Of a stretch of DNA of 64,000 bases, positions 38,710 through 48,936 are shown one piece after another. A model generated the notes under the pieces. The model worked only from the letters and a program-made list of their open reading frames with translations. It had not been told where the DNA came from and searched no databases. This DNA is from a virus (lineage: Duplodnaviria > Caudoviricetes), in IMG/VR virus record IMGVR_UViG_3300036784_000146, positions 79,611-143,610 of that record. One strand, given 5' to 3'. Within the stretch, counting starts at the first letter, position 1, and each line of letters starts with the position of its first letter. A program made the position numbers and the translations under genes.

Positions 38710-39729
38710 GTGACCCGTCCCAGAAACATTCGTTCGATTCTGGGCACTGACGCGGGGGACAAGTTCTTGAGCCACCCCGCCAGCGCCAACGACCTGTATC
38801 GCTCGCTGGTGGGTCATCCGATGCGCGACAGCATCGACATTGCGTGCGGCGGCGAACGCACACCGGAGAAGCCCTGGGACGTCTTCGACCCCATGCCCGA
38901 GATCGAGTCGAGCATGACCTACGTCAAGAGCGAACGGGTCGGCCGCCAGGTCGTCGACGACGATGACTTCTTCGACTCGCGCGACTTCACCCCCGGCGTG
39001 GGCTACCCCAGCTGCTGCCGGGCGCTGGCCCGCATCGCCAAGATCTGCTTCGACGTCAACGGCTACTACCGACGGCTGGGGCTGCAGCCGTCGGCCACCA
39101 AGCAACAGATCCGGCGCGCGTTGGCCACGCTGTACCGGCGCTATCACCCCGACACCGGCTGGTCGCGCGACACCGAGGAGTTCCAGTACCTGCGCGAGAT
39201 CGCGGCCGTGCTGCTCAACGAGAGGCGGCGCGAGCGCTACGACAAGCTGGCGCGCGGCGAGAAGTGGCTGGACTCCCGGGTGCGTTCGCAGCTGAACATG
39301 AACGACCCGATCGTGGTCGACCACATCCAGAAGTGCGACGAGCAGCAGGCGCGCATGGCGGCCGCCAACAAGTTCTCCCGGGTGCGCATCGACGAGGAGG
39401 AGATCGTCAAGGAGGGTCATCTCGGGGACGGCGGGATCTTCCGCTCCGATCGCCAGCAGGCGATGAAGGGTGCCGACGTCGACTCCGGCAACGACCACTA
39501 CGACTGGTTCTCCGACGGCGAGCGCTACGGCGACCGGGCCCGTGCTCAACTCTGGTACCACTACATCGTGAAGGTGGCCCCGATCTTCCGCTTCACCAGG
39601 CCGATGCGGGTATGGCTGACCGAGGGCGAGCCCGAGTGGTCCGAGATTGGCGGCATCCTAAGAATCCCAAGAAGCTGGCCGATTGGCAGCGCGGAGGCTT
39701 TCGCTCTCTTTACCTGCGTGGTAGTGTGA
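38710..39729 (+). CDS. J-domain (DnaJ-like) protein
   Basis: 'YYRRLGLQPSATKQQIRRA...YHPD...F..L.E...VL....RRERYD' is a canonical J-domain with HPD. Confidence 0.85.
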   Translation: MTRPRNIRSILGTDAGDKFLSHPASANDLYRSLVGHPMRDSIDIACGGERTPEKPWDVFDPMPEIESSMTYVKSERVGRQVVDDDDFFDSRDFTPGVGYPSCCRALARIAKICFDVNGYYRRLGLQPSATKQQIRRALATLYRRYHPDTGWSRDTEEFQYLREIAAVLLNERRRERYDKLARGEKWLDSRVRSQLNMNDPIVVDHIQKCDEQQARMAAANKFSRVRIDEEEIVKEGHLGDGGIFRSDRQQAMKGADVDSGNDHYDWFSDGERYGDRARAQLWYHYIVKVAPIFRFTRPMRVWLTEGEPEWSEIGGILRIPRSWPIGSAEAFALFTCVVV

Positions 39730-39816
39730 CCTCTCAGCCGGGGATCTTACCCACAACAACTTCAACGCTATTGATTCTCCCGGCAGCCCGAGAAAACTGA
39801 CAAAAGGAAAACGAAA

Positions 39817-40974
39817 ATGCTGACCGGTTTCGGCGCGCTTCAAGACGTCATGAAAGACACTGCTTCCCGAGGTAATTTCGGAGGCAAGCTCGATTACTTC
39901 AACATCGATGACGGCGAGCGTGTTGTCGTCCGCTTTTTGACCGACGACATTATCACCGCAGATTTCGCCGAGCGTGTTCGTACCGCTGACGGCAAATTCC
40001 AGGACTTCGTCATTCCCGACCCGTCCAACAACCTGGTGACCCGCTATATGCAGCCCGGCGCCTGGGACGGCAAGCTGAAGAAAAAGACCATCGGCGTGGC
40101 CGTAGTCCGCGAGCAGCAGCTGGTTCCCTCGCAGGACCTCACCGACCCCAACGCCCGACCGACCTACAACGTGGTCGACAAGATCGTCACCCGCGACGAC
40201 GGCCTGCAGGCCCGCATCTTCTTGTGCGTCAAGCAGGCCCACCAGAACTTCTGGGACCAGCTGGTCGGCTTCTTCGGGCTCTACAACACCATCACTGACC
40301 GTGACTACGTCATCGTGCGCCAAGGCAAGCGACTGGACACCAAGTATCGCATCGGCCCGCTGGACCCCGCCCCCAACGACCCGCTGCGCGACCCCAAGGT
40401 CGTCGCTCAGACCTACGGCTACGGGCGCCCGTGGGACAACGAGGCCCAGGATCGGTTCATGTGGTGCCCTAAGACGCTCAAGGAGTGGTACGACGACTAC
40501 GGCTCGGAGAGCCGCATTCAGCACTTCCTGGTGGGTACGCCTCAAGCGCAGGGCCAGGCTCAACCGGCCGCCCAGGCTCCGCAGCAGCAGTGGGCTCAGG
40601 CACCCGTGGCACCTCCTCAGGGCTATGCTCCGCCGCAACCGGCGGCGTCGGGTTACGGTCCGGCGTTCTCCGCCGGTGTGCCCCAACAGGCGCCTCCGCC
40701 GCAGCAACCGCCCGCCCAGTACAACGTCACGGCGGCCAGCCAGGGCCAGGACCCGTGGGGCACTCCCGGTCAGGCTCCGGCCCAACCGGCCCCCAACGGA
40801 CCCATCGGTGAGTTCCATCCGGCCACCACGCAGAACCCGGTCCAGCCTCCGGCTGTCCCGCCCGTTGCTCCGCCGCCCGCACAAGCTCAGGTGGCACCGG
40901 CCGAGGACAGCGACTTCTCGGCGCTGCGTGCACGCATGCAGGGCTACGCGCGTCCGGATCAGCAGACCACCTAA
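39817..40974 (+). CDS. Putative single-stranded DNA-binding protein (gp32-like) with a long P/Q/A-rich tail
   Basis: 'YFNIDDGE.VVVRFL...ITDRDY.I.RQG..LDTKY' pattern; directly upstream of the polymerase. Confidence 0.7.
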   Translation: MLTGFGALQDVMKDTASRGNFGGKLDYFNIDDGERVVVRFLTDDIITADFAERVRTADGKFQDFVIPDPSNNLVTRYMQPGAWDGKLKKKTIGVAVVREQQLVPSQDLTDPNARPTYNVVDKIVTRDDGLQARIFLCVKQAHQNFWDQLVGFFGLYNTITDRDYVIVRQGKRLDTKYRIGPLDPAPNDPLRDPKVVAQTYGYGRPWDNEAQDRFMWCPKTLKEWYDDYGSESRIQHFLVGTPQAQGQAQPAAQAPQQQWAQAPVAPPQGYAPPQPAASGYGPAFSAGVPQQAPPPQQPPAQYNVTAASQGQDPWGTPGQAPAQPAPNGPIGEFHPATTQNPVQPPAVPPVAPPPAQAQVAPAEDSDFSALRARMQGYARPDQQTT

Positions 40975-40989
40975 TTCCGCTTTCCCCAC

Positions 40990-43900
40990 ATGGAAATGGT
41001 GGCGGACCCCCGGGCGTTTGGGGAAGCGCCTGGGGCATCCGCAAGCAATCAGTGTGGTTTCCATAACCACAGCGAAGGTTCCTTCCTCGACGGCTTTTCT
41101 CGGGTGGCTCAGATCGCCCGGCGGGCCAAGGAGCTGGGTCAAAGCGCGGTCGCACTGACCGATCACGGCGAGGTCAACCAGCACTTGGCGTTCCAGAAAG
41201 CCTGCCAGGCCGAGGGCGTCAAGCCGATCTTCGGGATGGAGGGGTATTGGGCGGCCGACATCCAGGCGGCGAGAGACCAGAGCCTGCTGCAGCGCGACTT
41301 CATGAGCCACATTTGCCTGATCGCCCAGAACGACGTGGGCCTGAAAAACCTGTGGGCGCTCTCCTCCACCGCCTACGATCCGAAGTACTTCTACCGCAAG
41401 CCTTTAGCGGACTTGGACCTGCTACGGCAGCATTCCGAAGGGCTGTACGCGAGCGACGGCTGCATCATGACCATGCTCGGCAAGGCGGTGAAGTCCGGCG
41501 ATGACGACGCCGCCCGGCAATATCTGGCCAGCTTGCACTCCGTCTACGGCGACAGGTTCTATGTCGAGCTGCACACCTGGCAGTACATGGAGCGCGGCGA
41601 CGAAGAGGTGATGTGGGAGGGCCAGCCGATCACCACCGCGCAGGCCAGCCAGCTGATGACCGACCTCAATCAGGCCAAAGTCAGATTCGCCACCGAGATG
41701 GGCATTCCCATGGTGGTGGTCAACGACGCCCACCACGCCTATCCGCAGCACTGGCGCTACAAGGAGCTGGTCTGGGGCTTCAAGAGCGAGTCCAATCCCG
41801 ACCAGGCCGAGGGTAAGGGCCAAAAGGCCGACCACATGATGGGCGACGACGAGCTGGTCTTCTGGATGGACCGGCACGGCATCTCTGCCGACGTGGTGCG
41901 CACGGCCATCGACTACTCCGGCCAGGTGGCCGACACCTGTGACGTCGAGATCAAACCCATGCTGGGCATGCCGCTGTTTGGCAAATCGGAGGCCGATGAC
42001 TTCTCGCTCTTTCTGGACCTTGTGGAACGAGGGTTCAAAGACAAAGTTGAGCGAGGTGGACTCAACCGGGAAACCTACTTCGCCCGTATGGAGTCTGAAG
42101 TCTCCCTCATCGCCGAGAAGCGATTCGCCGGTTATTTCCTCATCGTGCACGATTACGTCCAGGCGGCACGGCAAGGCACGTGGGCCCAGTACGTCACCGG
42201 AGGACCCCCCGAGCCGATGTTGATCGGGCCCGGCCGAGGAAGCGCCGGAGGCTCCCTGGTGGCCTGGCTGCTGGGTATCACCAGCATCGATCCGATCAAG
42301 TATGGGCTGTTGTTCGAGCGCTTCCTGATCCGCGAGCGCAAGGGCTTCCCCGACATCGACATCGACTTCCCGCGCTCCAAGCGCGCGGGCATCAAGGAGT
42401 ATGTCAAGCACCGCTGGGGCCACGACCATGTGTGCTCGATCTGCACGATGAGCCGCAACCGGGCCCGAGGCACTATCAAGGACCTGGGCCGGATGCTTGA
42501 CATCGAGTACAAGGACCTCGAAACGATCGGGAAGCTGGTCGAGCGGTTCGTGGCTGCCGAGGTCGAGGAGGAGGAGTCGGCCGAGGACAGCGACGAGAGG
42601 CCTTGGGCCGAGATTGTCGCCGATCACAGCAAGGAGCTGGCGCCGCACGTGGCCAAGCACCCTGAGCTGTTCCGCGATGCGAACGATCTGATCGGCGTCA
42701 TCCGCCAGACCGGCGTGCACGCGGCGGCCGTGCTGATCACCCCGAAGGACAAGCCGCTGCGCGACGTGCTGCCGACGCGGATCAAGAACGGCACCCTGAC
42801 CACCCAGTTCGACATGTACGACGTCGAGGACCTGGGCGGACTGAAGGGCGACTTCCTGGCGCTGCGCCACCTCGACGCGCTGCAGATCGCCGCTGACGCG
42901 ATCAAAGAGCGTCATGGCGTGGTGCTCGACTATGAGAACTTCAGCGAGATTCACTACGAGGACCCGGCCATCTGGGCCCAGATCGATGAAGGGCAGACCG
43001 TTGGCATCTTCCAGCTTGGTACTCCTGGTGGTACCGACTCGGCAATCGAGTTCCGGCCACGCTCTATGGTTGACGTCGCCGACCTCATCTCCATCAACCG
43101 CCCAGGCGTCCGAGATGCTGGCCTCTATCACGCGTATCTGCGCCGACGCGCTGGCGTTGAGGAGGTCACTTACCAGCACCCGATGATGGAGTCGATCACC
43201 AAGGACACCTTCGGAATTTTGGTCTATCAGGAGCAGCTGATGCAGACCGCCGTCGAGCTGGCGGGCTTTACCCTCTCGGAGTCTGATGCGCTGCGTAAGG
43301 CGGTCGGCAAGAAGATCATGGCCGACGTGCTGGCCATGAAGGACAAGTTCGTCCAGGGTTGTATGGCCTCGCAGGCTTATATGTCGGCGTTGGTCGTGAA
43401 ACCCTCGGCCGCGAAAGAAATTGCCGAAACGATCTGGGCGTCGATCGAGGCGTCCGGCCGGTACTGCTTCAACAAGAGCCACGCCATCGGCTACGCGCTG
43501 ATCTCCACCCAGGAGATCTGGGTCAAGCACTACTACCCGGCCGAGTTCCTACTGGGCTGCCTGCAGGTCGACGAAGCCAAACGCAACCGCTTCATCCGCG
43601 ATGCGCGCCGCCGGGGCATCGAGATCCTGCCGCCGGACATCAACCTCAGCGGCATGACGTTCAGCCTGCACGGCAACACCATCCGCTACGGCCTGGACTC
43701 GGTGATGAAAGTCGGCGGGGTGGCGGCCGAGGCGATCGTGGCCGCGCAGCCCTACACCTCCCTCGACGACTACCTGAACCGGGCCAAGAAGGGGGCCTAC
43801 AAGGCCTCAGCGGTCAACCTGGCGATGATCGGGGCCCTGGACTGCTTGGGAGACCGTGGGTGGATCCTGAAGCAGATGGAGCGGCACTGGATCATCAAGG

Positions 43901-44418
43901 AGGTCGCACCTCGCAAGCGGGCCACCCTCACCGACGCCCAGAAAGACGAGATCGTCGCCGCCAAGCTGGCCAATTCCGAGAAGTTCCACATCCCGGTGCC
44001 CGACTTCTCCGACGAGGACGTGCTCTACGGGATCGAGCAGGAGCTGGTCGGTTCGTTCGTCACCATCGATCCGATGGGCAAGTACGTGCGGGCCATCGAG
44101 GGCGAGGCCATCAAGAACCCGGCCGCGCTGCGCCGGTACCTCCCCGGCCAGAAGCTGGTCATCGGCGGGGAGATCATTAAGGCGCGCGCGCACGTGGTCA
44201 AGAAGGGCCGCAACGCCGGGGCTCTGATGGCGTTCCTGGGCGTGGAGTGGCAGGGCGACGTCTACGACATCGTGGTGTTCCCCCGGGCCTTCGAGCAGTA
44301 CAAGGACTACCTGGACGTCGGCAAGCCGGTGCTGGCGGTCTGCGAGCGCCTCGACGACGGTGTGTGCCTGAGCAAGTTATTCCGGCTGGACCGGATCTGG
44401 AACGAATATGGCAACTAG
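40990..44418 (+). CDS. dnaE: DNA polymerase III alpha subunit
   Basis: PHP motifs HNHS..SFLDG and ALTDHG; GPGRGSAGGSLVA, FERFL...PDIDIDF, GIFQL, FNKSHA, LPPDIN; C-terminal OB fold. Confidence 0.97.
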   Translation: MEMVADPRAFGEAPGASASNQCGFHNHSEGSFLDGFSRVAQIARRAKELGQSAVALTDHGEVNQHLAFQKACQAEGVKPIFGMEGYWAADIQAARDQSLLQRDFMSHICLIAQNDVGLKNLWALSSTAYDPKYFYRKPLADLDLLRQHSEGLYASDGCIMTMLGKAVKSGDDDAARQYLASLHSVYGDRFYVELHTWQYMERGDEEVMWEGQPITTAQASQLMTDLNQAKVRFATEMGIPMVVVNDAHHAYPQHWRYKELVWGFKSESNPDQAEGKGQKADHMMGDDELVFWMDRHGISADVVRTAIDYSGQVADTCDVEIKPMLGMPLFGKSEADDFSLFLDLVERGFKDKVERGGLNRETYFARMESEVSLIAEKRFAGYFLIVHDYVQAARQGTWAQYVTGGPPEPMLIGPGRGSAGGSLVAWLLGITSIDPIKYGLLFERFLIRERKGFPDIDIDFPRSKRAGIKEYVKHRWGHDHVCSICTMSRNRARGTIKDLGRMLDIEYKDLETIGKLVERFVAAEVEEEESAEDSDERPWAEIVADHSKELAPHVAKHPELFRDANDLIGVIRQTGVHAAAVLITPKDKPLRDVLPTRIKNGTLTTQFDMYDVEDLGGLKGDFLALRHLDALQIAADAIKERHGVVLDYENFSEIHYEDPAIWAQIDEGQTVGIFQLGTPGGTDSAIEFRPRSMVDVADLISINRPGVRDAGLYHAYLRRRAGVEEVTYQHPMMESITKDTFGILVYQEQLMQTAVELAGFTLSESDALRKAVGKKIMADVLAMKDKFVQGCMASQAYMSALVVKPSAAKEIAETIWASIEASGRYCFNKSHAIGYALISTQEIWVKHYYPAEFLLGCLQVDEAKRNRFIRDARRRGIEILPPDINLSGMTFSLHGNTIRYGLDSVMKVGGVAAEAIVAAQPYTSLDDYLNRAKKGAYKASAVNLAMIGALDCLGDRGWILKQMERHWIIKEVAPRKRATLTDAQKDEIVAAKLANSEKFHIPVPDFSDEDVLYGIEQELVGSFVTIDPMGKYVRAIEGEAIKNPAALRRYLPGQKLVIGGEIIKARAHVVKKGRNAGALMAFLGVEWQGDVYDIVVFPRAFEQYKDYLDVGKPVLAVCERLDDGVCLSKLFRLDRIWNEYGN

Positions 44419-44576
44419 GGCAGAAGTGCAGGCGTTGGGAATCGTGTTGTCGGATGCCGTACTGAATACGACAGGATTTCAGCCTTCCACTCAAACGTGC
44501 AACGAATTTGCGATGAAGATATTGGCCGAAGCTAAAGTGGCAAGGGAAGAGATTGTCTTTAGAATAGGAGACACGC

Positions 44577-45686
44577 GTGCCGAAAACACCGGCTGAGAAA
44601 TTGGCCGAAAGAATGCAGGAGAAGTTCGGCCAAAAGTCAGTAATGATGGCGGCACAGATGCCGCGTTACCCCAAGATCTCTACCGGCTCGTTGGCCTTGG
44701 ACTTCGCCACCGGCGTGGGCGGCTGGCCGAGTGACCGCTATGTCGAAGTGTTCGGAGCGGAGTCCTGCGGCAAAACCACGCTGGGCCTGATCGGCATGAA
44801 GAACTTCCTCGACGCCCAACCCAAGCGCGGCGCGGTCATCCTGGACACCGAGCACAAGATGGACCTCGACTGGGCTCGGGTCATCACCGGCGCCGACCAC
44901 ATGTCCAAGCGGATCATCTACTTGCAGCCCGACTCCATCGAGGACGCCACCGAGATGTACAAGGAGTGCGTCTCCGACGGGTCGATCGCCTACGTGCTCT
45001 TCGACTCGATCGCCTCGGCGCAGACCCGCAAGAGCGTGACCACCGAGAAAGACGAGATGACCGGCAACGCCAAGGCGATGGCCCGGTTCGCTCCGATCAT
45101 GGCCAGCTTCTCCGCCAAGTACCAGTGCTGCACGTTCGCGGTCAACCAGACCCGAGACGACATCGAGGGCTTCCACCGAATCATCACGCCGGGCGGCCGG
45201 GCCCCCAAGCACGCCGCGATCATGCGGGTGTACCTGAAGAAGGCCAAGGGCGAGGTGTACGAGACGCTCAACGGCGAGAAGGTCAAGATCGGCCACACCG
45301 TGGCGGCCAAGGTCGTCAAGAACCAGGCCGGGGGCATCGAGGGGCGCACCTGCCAGTACTGGTTCTTCAACGTCCACACCGAGCAATGGGGCTTCGGTGT
45401 CGACCAGGTCGAGGAGATCGCCCGGCTGTCGGCATTGACCGGCGCCATCGAGCGCAAGGGCGCCTGGTACTACCACGAGCAGCTGCCGGACGGAAAGATC
45501 TGCGGTGCCGACCAGTTCGCCGTCTACGTCAAGCAGAACGAGGTGCTGCGCACCGAGCTGACCACCGCGATCATGGCCCGGCTCAAGGACCACGGCAACG
45601 AGGTGGCCCCGATCGGCAACCCCGAGGAACTCGACGACATGCCCGTCGGCGAGCTGTTCCGACAATCGGTATTTCAGGAGGGCTGA
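44577..45686 (+). CDS. recA: RecA-like recombinase
   Basis: STGSLALDFATGVGG.P, EVFGAESCGKTT, DTEH, DSIA, NQTR, TPGGRA.K, KVVKN. Confidence 0.95.
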   Translation: MPKTPAEKLAERMQEKFGQKSVMMAAQMPRYPKISTGSLALDFATGVGGWPSDRYVEVFGAESCGKTTLGLIGMKNFLDAQPKRGAVILDTEHKMDLDWARVITGADHMSKRIIYLQPDSIEDATEMYKECVSDGSIAYVLFDSIASAQTRKSVTTEKDEMTGNAKAMARFAPIMASFSAKYQCCTFAVNQTRDDIEGFHRIITPGGRAPKHAAIMRVYLKKAKGEVYETLNGEKVKIGHTVAAKVVKNQAGGIEGRTCQYWFFNVHTEQWGFGVDQVEEIARLSALTGAIERKGAWYYHEQLPDGKICGADQFAVYVKQNEVLRTELTTAIMARLKDHGNEVAPIGNPEELDDMPVGELFRQSVFQEG

Positions 45687-46165
45687 TGGAGGCATGGCAA
45701 GAGTTCGAGCGCGACATACAGCACCGGCTGGGGCTGGACTCCACCCCGGCCAGCGGGTCGCAGTTCTACGCGCCGGGGGACGCCGTCGACAATCGGCACC
45801 TGCGCCAGTCACGGTTCGCCCTGCTGGCCGACTGCAAGGTCACCGAGAAGGGCTCCTTCACCCTTAACCGCCAGTTCCTGGCTCACCAGGTGGAGGGTGC
45901 CATCGAGCTGGGCAAGCGGTTCATCCTGCCACTGCGGTTCTGGCATCACGGCGCCGTGCGGCCAGAGGACTACGTGCTGTCCACCCTCGACGACTTCGAC
46001 GAGCTGGTGGAGAACCGGCGCACCAGTCACGCCCACCAGCTGGCTGATATCGATCAGGTCATCACCGAGATCGAGATGGGTTTCCCGATGGAGGGCCTGG
46101 ACACCGTGCAGGACATGGCCCGGGTGATCCGTTCGATCCTCAACGACTACAAGGTCTCGGCGTGA
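45686..46165 (+). CDS. PD-(D/E)XK nuclease, Holliday-junction-resolvase-like
   Basis: 'FE......TPASGS....GD...LADCKVTEKGSF' pattern. Confidence 0.65.
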   Translation: MEAWQEFERDIQHRLGLDSTPASGSQFYAPGDAVDNRHLRQSRFALLADCKVTEKGSFTLNRQFLAHQVEGAIELGKRFILPLRFWHHGAVRPEDYVLSTLDDFDELVENRRTSHAHQLADIDQVITEIEMGFPMEGLDTVQDMARVIRSILNDYKVSA

Positions 46166-46536
46166 CGCACGTACTGCTGGTGACCGGCTCGCGAGAGTGG
46201 ACAGATCGTCGTCGGCTGGTTTCGGTATTGATTCGGGAGCGTGCGGAGCATCCCGATCTGGTGGTGCGTCACGGCAAGGCCAAGCGCGGCGCCGACGATA
46301 TGACCCGGCAGTGGTGCGAGGACAACGGCGTTCCGCAGGATCCCATGCCTGCCGACTGGAACCGTGGCCTGGCTGCCGGGTTCGCGCGCAATACCGACAT
46401 GGTCGAGAAGGAACCGCAGCCCTACCGCTGTCACGCGTTCATCGTTGTCAACCGCTCGCCAGGCACTATGGACTGCGCCAAGAAGGCGGGGAGGGCCGGG
46501 ATCTATGTGCAGAGGCACAAAGTGAAGTGCCCGTGA
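46162..46536 (+). CDS. SLOG/YspA-like (DUF2493) protein
   Basis: 'LLVTGSREW', 'HGKA.RGAD', 'ADW....AAG..RN.DM', 'SPGT.DC...A...GI'. Confidence 0.85.
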   Translation: MTHVLLVTGSREWTDRRRLVSVLIRERAEHPDLVVRHGKAKRGADDMTRQWCEDNGVPQDPMPADWNRGLAAGFARNTDMVEKEPQPYRCHAFIVVNRSPGTMDCAKKAGRAGIYVQRHKVKCP

Positions 46537-46711
46537 GCAATATTGTTTGGCCCCGGCGTCCCGATCTATGCAACAAGGATGGCAGGGACTGTCGCAAGCT
46601 AGAGGACCATCGGTTTCGGTTCACCGACGCCGACGGCAACGAGATCGGCTGGCTGTTCGTCACCGGCGACTACGGCTTCATGCTCAAGGGCATCGACGTG
46701 GAGGAAGTGAC

Positions 46712-47437
46712 GTGACGGCGTTCGACAACATCCTCAACAGCCTGGCCCGCCAGGACCTCATCCTGCCGTACTTCGAGAACGCGATGCGCAGCGCCGAGGA
46801 TCCCTACTACGGCCGGGGCGACGGATACTTCCATCCGTCGACGCATCCGCTGATGGACGAGCGTTTGCTCTACTACCTGTTCCACCCGCGCACCCAGAAG
46901 TGGCTCGTCGACGAGCAGTACGACCTGCAGCGCGAGATGACGGTTTCGGTTGGCCACAGCCTTCACGAGGTGGTGCAGCGCCAGATGCTGGGAACTGGGC
47001 TGGTGAAGGAGGAGAACATCGAGAAGCTCTTCACCATGCCCGAGCACAACGTGCGCGGCAAGATTGACATGATTGTCGATCACCCGGTCCGGGGGCCGAT
47101 CGTGGTGGAGATCAAGACGCGTACGCACTACAAGTTTGGCAAGACCAACGAGCCGCTGCCGGAGTGGGACGCCCAGCTTTCGATCCAGCTAGACAGCCAG
47201 GGTTTGGAGTTGGGTGTGGTGCTGATGGTGGAGACCGGCTATCCGTTTCGGGTCAAGGAGCTTCAGGTCCAGCGCAACGATGCGCTACTGAGTGAGATCT
47301 ACGCCAAGTTCGACCGGGTGAGGGCGGATATCGCGCTCAACCGTCTACCGATCCCGTGCTGTGCACCCAACAGCGCCCGCGTCACCGGCTGCCCGGCCCG
47401 CTTCGCTTGCTGGCACAACCCCGAGGGCCCGCAGTGA
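46712..47437 (+). CDS. Cas4/RecB-like PD-(D/E)XK exonuclease
   Basis: 'FHPS', 'G.SLHE', 'GKID.IV', 'VEIKT', 'QL..Q', C-terminal CC...C.....C. Confidence 0.8.
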   Translation: MTAFDNILNSLARQDLILPYFENAMRSAEDPYYGRGDGYFHPSTHPLMDERLLYYLFHPRTQKWLVDEQYDLQREMTVSVGHSLHEVVQRQMLGTGLVKEENIEKLFTMPEHNVRGKIDMIVDHPVRGPIVVEIKTRTHYKFGKTNEPLPEWDAQLSIQLDSQGLELGVVLMVETGYPFRVKELQVQRNDALLSEIYAKFDRVRADIALNRLPIPCCAPNSARVTGCPARFACWHNPEGPQ

Positions 47438-47811
47438 GCTGGACTATCCCGGCCGGGCGCCGGGACAAATTGGGCAATCCGCTGCTGCACGAACAGACCC
47501 TTACCATTTGGCCAAACGGTATCTGGGTGGATACCGAATTGGCCGAATTGTTGACGCTCTTGTGGGACCAAGGCCTGAAGACCCGGCTGTCGTGTCAGGG
47601 TGAGGACGAGCCCCACCCGGTGCACGGCCGGATCCCGGCCTACATCGTGTTCGCCGACGAGGACAGTGCTCAACGATTCCTCGACGGTAGTGATGTGGGG
47701 CCTACCATTGTGGTGGTTAACCGGTGCGGTGAGTTCAGAGCCGAGTGGTTACCACAAGACACCCAGGCGATCACCCAGGCGTGGAAGGACCGCAGTGAGC
47801 AACCCCAGTAA
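47434..47811 (+). CDS. Hypothetical protein (L..LW..GL.T..SCQG motif)
   Basis: GTGA-coupled ORF. Confidence 0.55.
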   Translation: MSWTIPAGRRDKLGNPLLHEQTLTIWPNGIWVDTELAELLTLLWDQGLKTRLSCQGEDEPHPVHGRIPAYIVFADEDSAQRFLDGSDVGPTIVVVNRCGEFRAEWLPQDTQAITQAWKDRSEQPQ

Positions 47812-48163
47812 AAGGAAGGGCACCGCCTTCGAGGTCGTGGTTTCCAACGGACTCAACGAAGAGTGGGACGACAGGATTGAGCGCCGGGCGCTCGCGGGTA
47901 TCAAGGATCGGGGCGACGTCTCCAACTTCCGCGTCGGCGCCCAGCGGGTAGTCGTCGAGTGCAAGGCCGAGCGTGCGATCGATCTTGCCGGGTGGGTGAC
48001 CGAGGCCGAGAAAGAGGCTGCTAACGACGGTGCGCTGTGCGGTATCGTGGTGGCCAAGCGTCGGGGGAAGGCTACCTTCGGAGACCAGTACGCGATCATG
48101 ACGGTGAGCACTTTGCTCAAACTGTTACGTGCCGCCGGACAAGATATACCCCTCCCTTCATGA
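47795..48163 (+). CDS. Holliday junction resolvase (Hjc-like, actinophage type)
   Basis: 'NPSKRKGTAFE', 'DRGDV', 'VVECKA', 'W..EA.KEA.N', 'VVAKRRGK'. Confidence 0.85.
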   Translation: MSNPSKRKGTAFEVVVSNGLNEEWDDRIERRALAGIKDRGDVSNFRVGAQRVVVECKAERAIDLAGWVTEAEKEAANDGALCGIVVAKRRGKATFGDQYAIMTVSTLLKLLRAAGQDIPLPS

Positions 48164-48223
48164 CAAGCGTGTTATCTTGAGCAGTATCAGCAACTAGGGC
48201 CCGGGGGCGGAAGGTTACAGGGT

Positions 48224-48922
48224 GTGAGCGAGGGATCCAGCAACCTCACCAATGCGGTGGTTGACCAACTGATCGCCCCGCTCACCGATTCTTTGCCTCA
48301 AGAGCCCACCGAGATCGACGACCTCGAAACCGAGCAGCGTAAGTCGATCTTCGAGAAGATCCGCTTCAACTGGCGCCCTGAGGATCAGACCATCTTGGGG
48401 CGCATCGGTGTGTTGGTGGACCAGGAGTTCAGCAAGGACTTCTTCGGCGCCGTCCAGATCTTCGAGAACTTCTTCGGTGCCATGCACGTGCCCGAGACTC
48501 AATGGTTCGGCAACCAGGAGGTTAACCTCAAGGACGCCCAGGGCCGTCAGGTTTACAAGCGGGGTCCCGACGGGCATCTGATAGAGGACTATCGCCAACT
48601 GACCGGCCAGGATTTCGAGGTGGCGATCCTGCGCTTAGAGAAGCTGCGGCTGGACTTGAGGCCGCGTATCAGCGAGCTGCTGGCCGACGCCGTCTACGCA
48701 AAGAGCTGCGCGGGGGACTTCCACGACGACGCCTATCACTCCACCTACGACGGCACCATCAACGACCGCAACGCCCGGGCCAACCGCGAGTCGCGTCCCG
48801 ACCGCTACCATGCGTTCTTCCGGTGGACCCTGTGGCAGACCTGCAAGGACTTCTATGACGAGATAGGCCAGTTCATCGCGTATCTCGAAAAGATCCGGAC
48901 CTGGAAGAGCTTTGAGAGATAG
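48224..48922 (+). CDS. Hypothetical helical protein
   Basis: 232 aa; strong GC3 bias. Confidence 0.7.
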   Translation: MSEGSSNLTNAVVDQLIAPLTDSLPQEPTEIDDLETEQRKSIFEKIRFNWRPEDQTILGRIGVLVDQEFSKDFFGAVQIFENFFGAMHVPETQWFGNQEVNLKDAQGRQVYKRGPDGHLIEDYRQLTGQDFEVAILRLEKLRLDLRPRISELLADAVYAKSCAGDFHDDAYHSTYDGTINDRNARANRESRPDRYHAFFRWTLWQTCKDFYDEIGQFIAYLEKIRTWKSFER

Positions 48923-48936
48923 GGGGTGGAAGAGAA

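Noticed and set aside
40990-45686. Inteins or introns in dnaE, dnaB or recA
   Set aside because: Protein lengths are ordinary and no intein splice-junction or LAGLIDADG blocks were apparent.
46247-46270. Possible self-target of unit 3 under an NNx model (GAgCAtCCcGAtCTg...)
   Set aside because: Only the first five dinucleotides match, which is expected by chance in 64 kb. I could not search exhaustively for self-targets.
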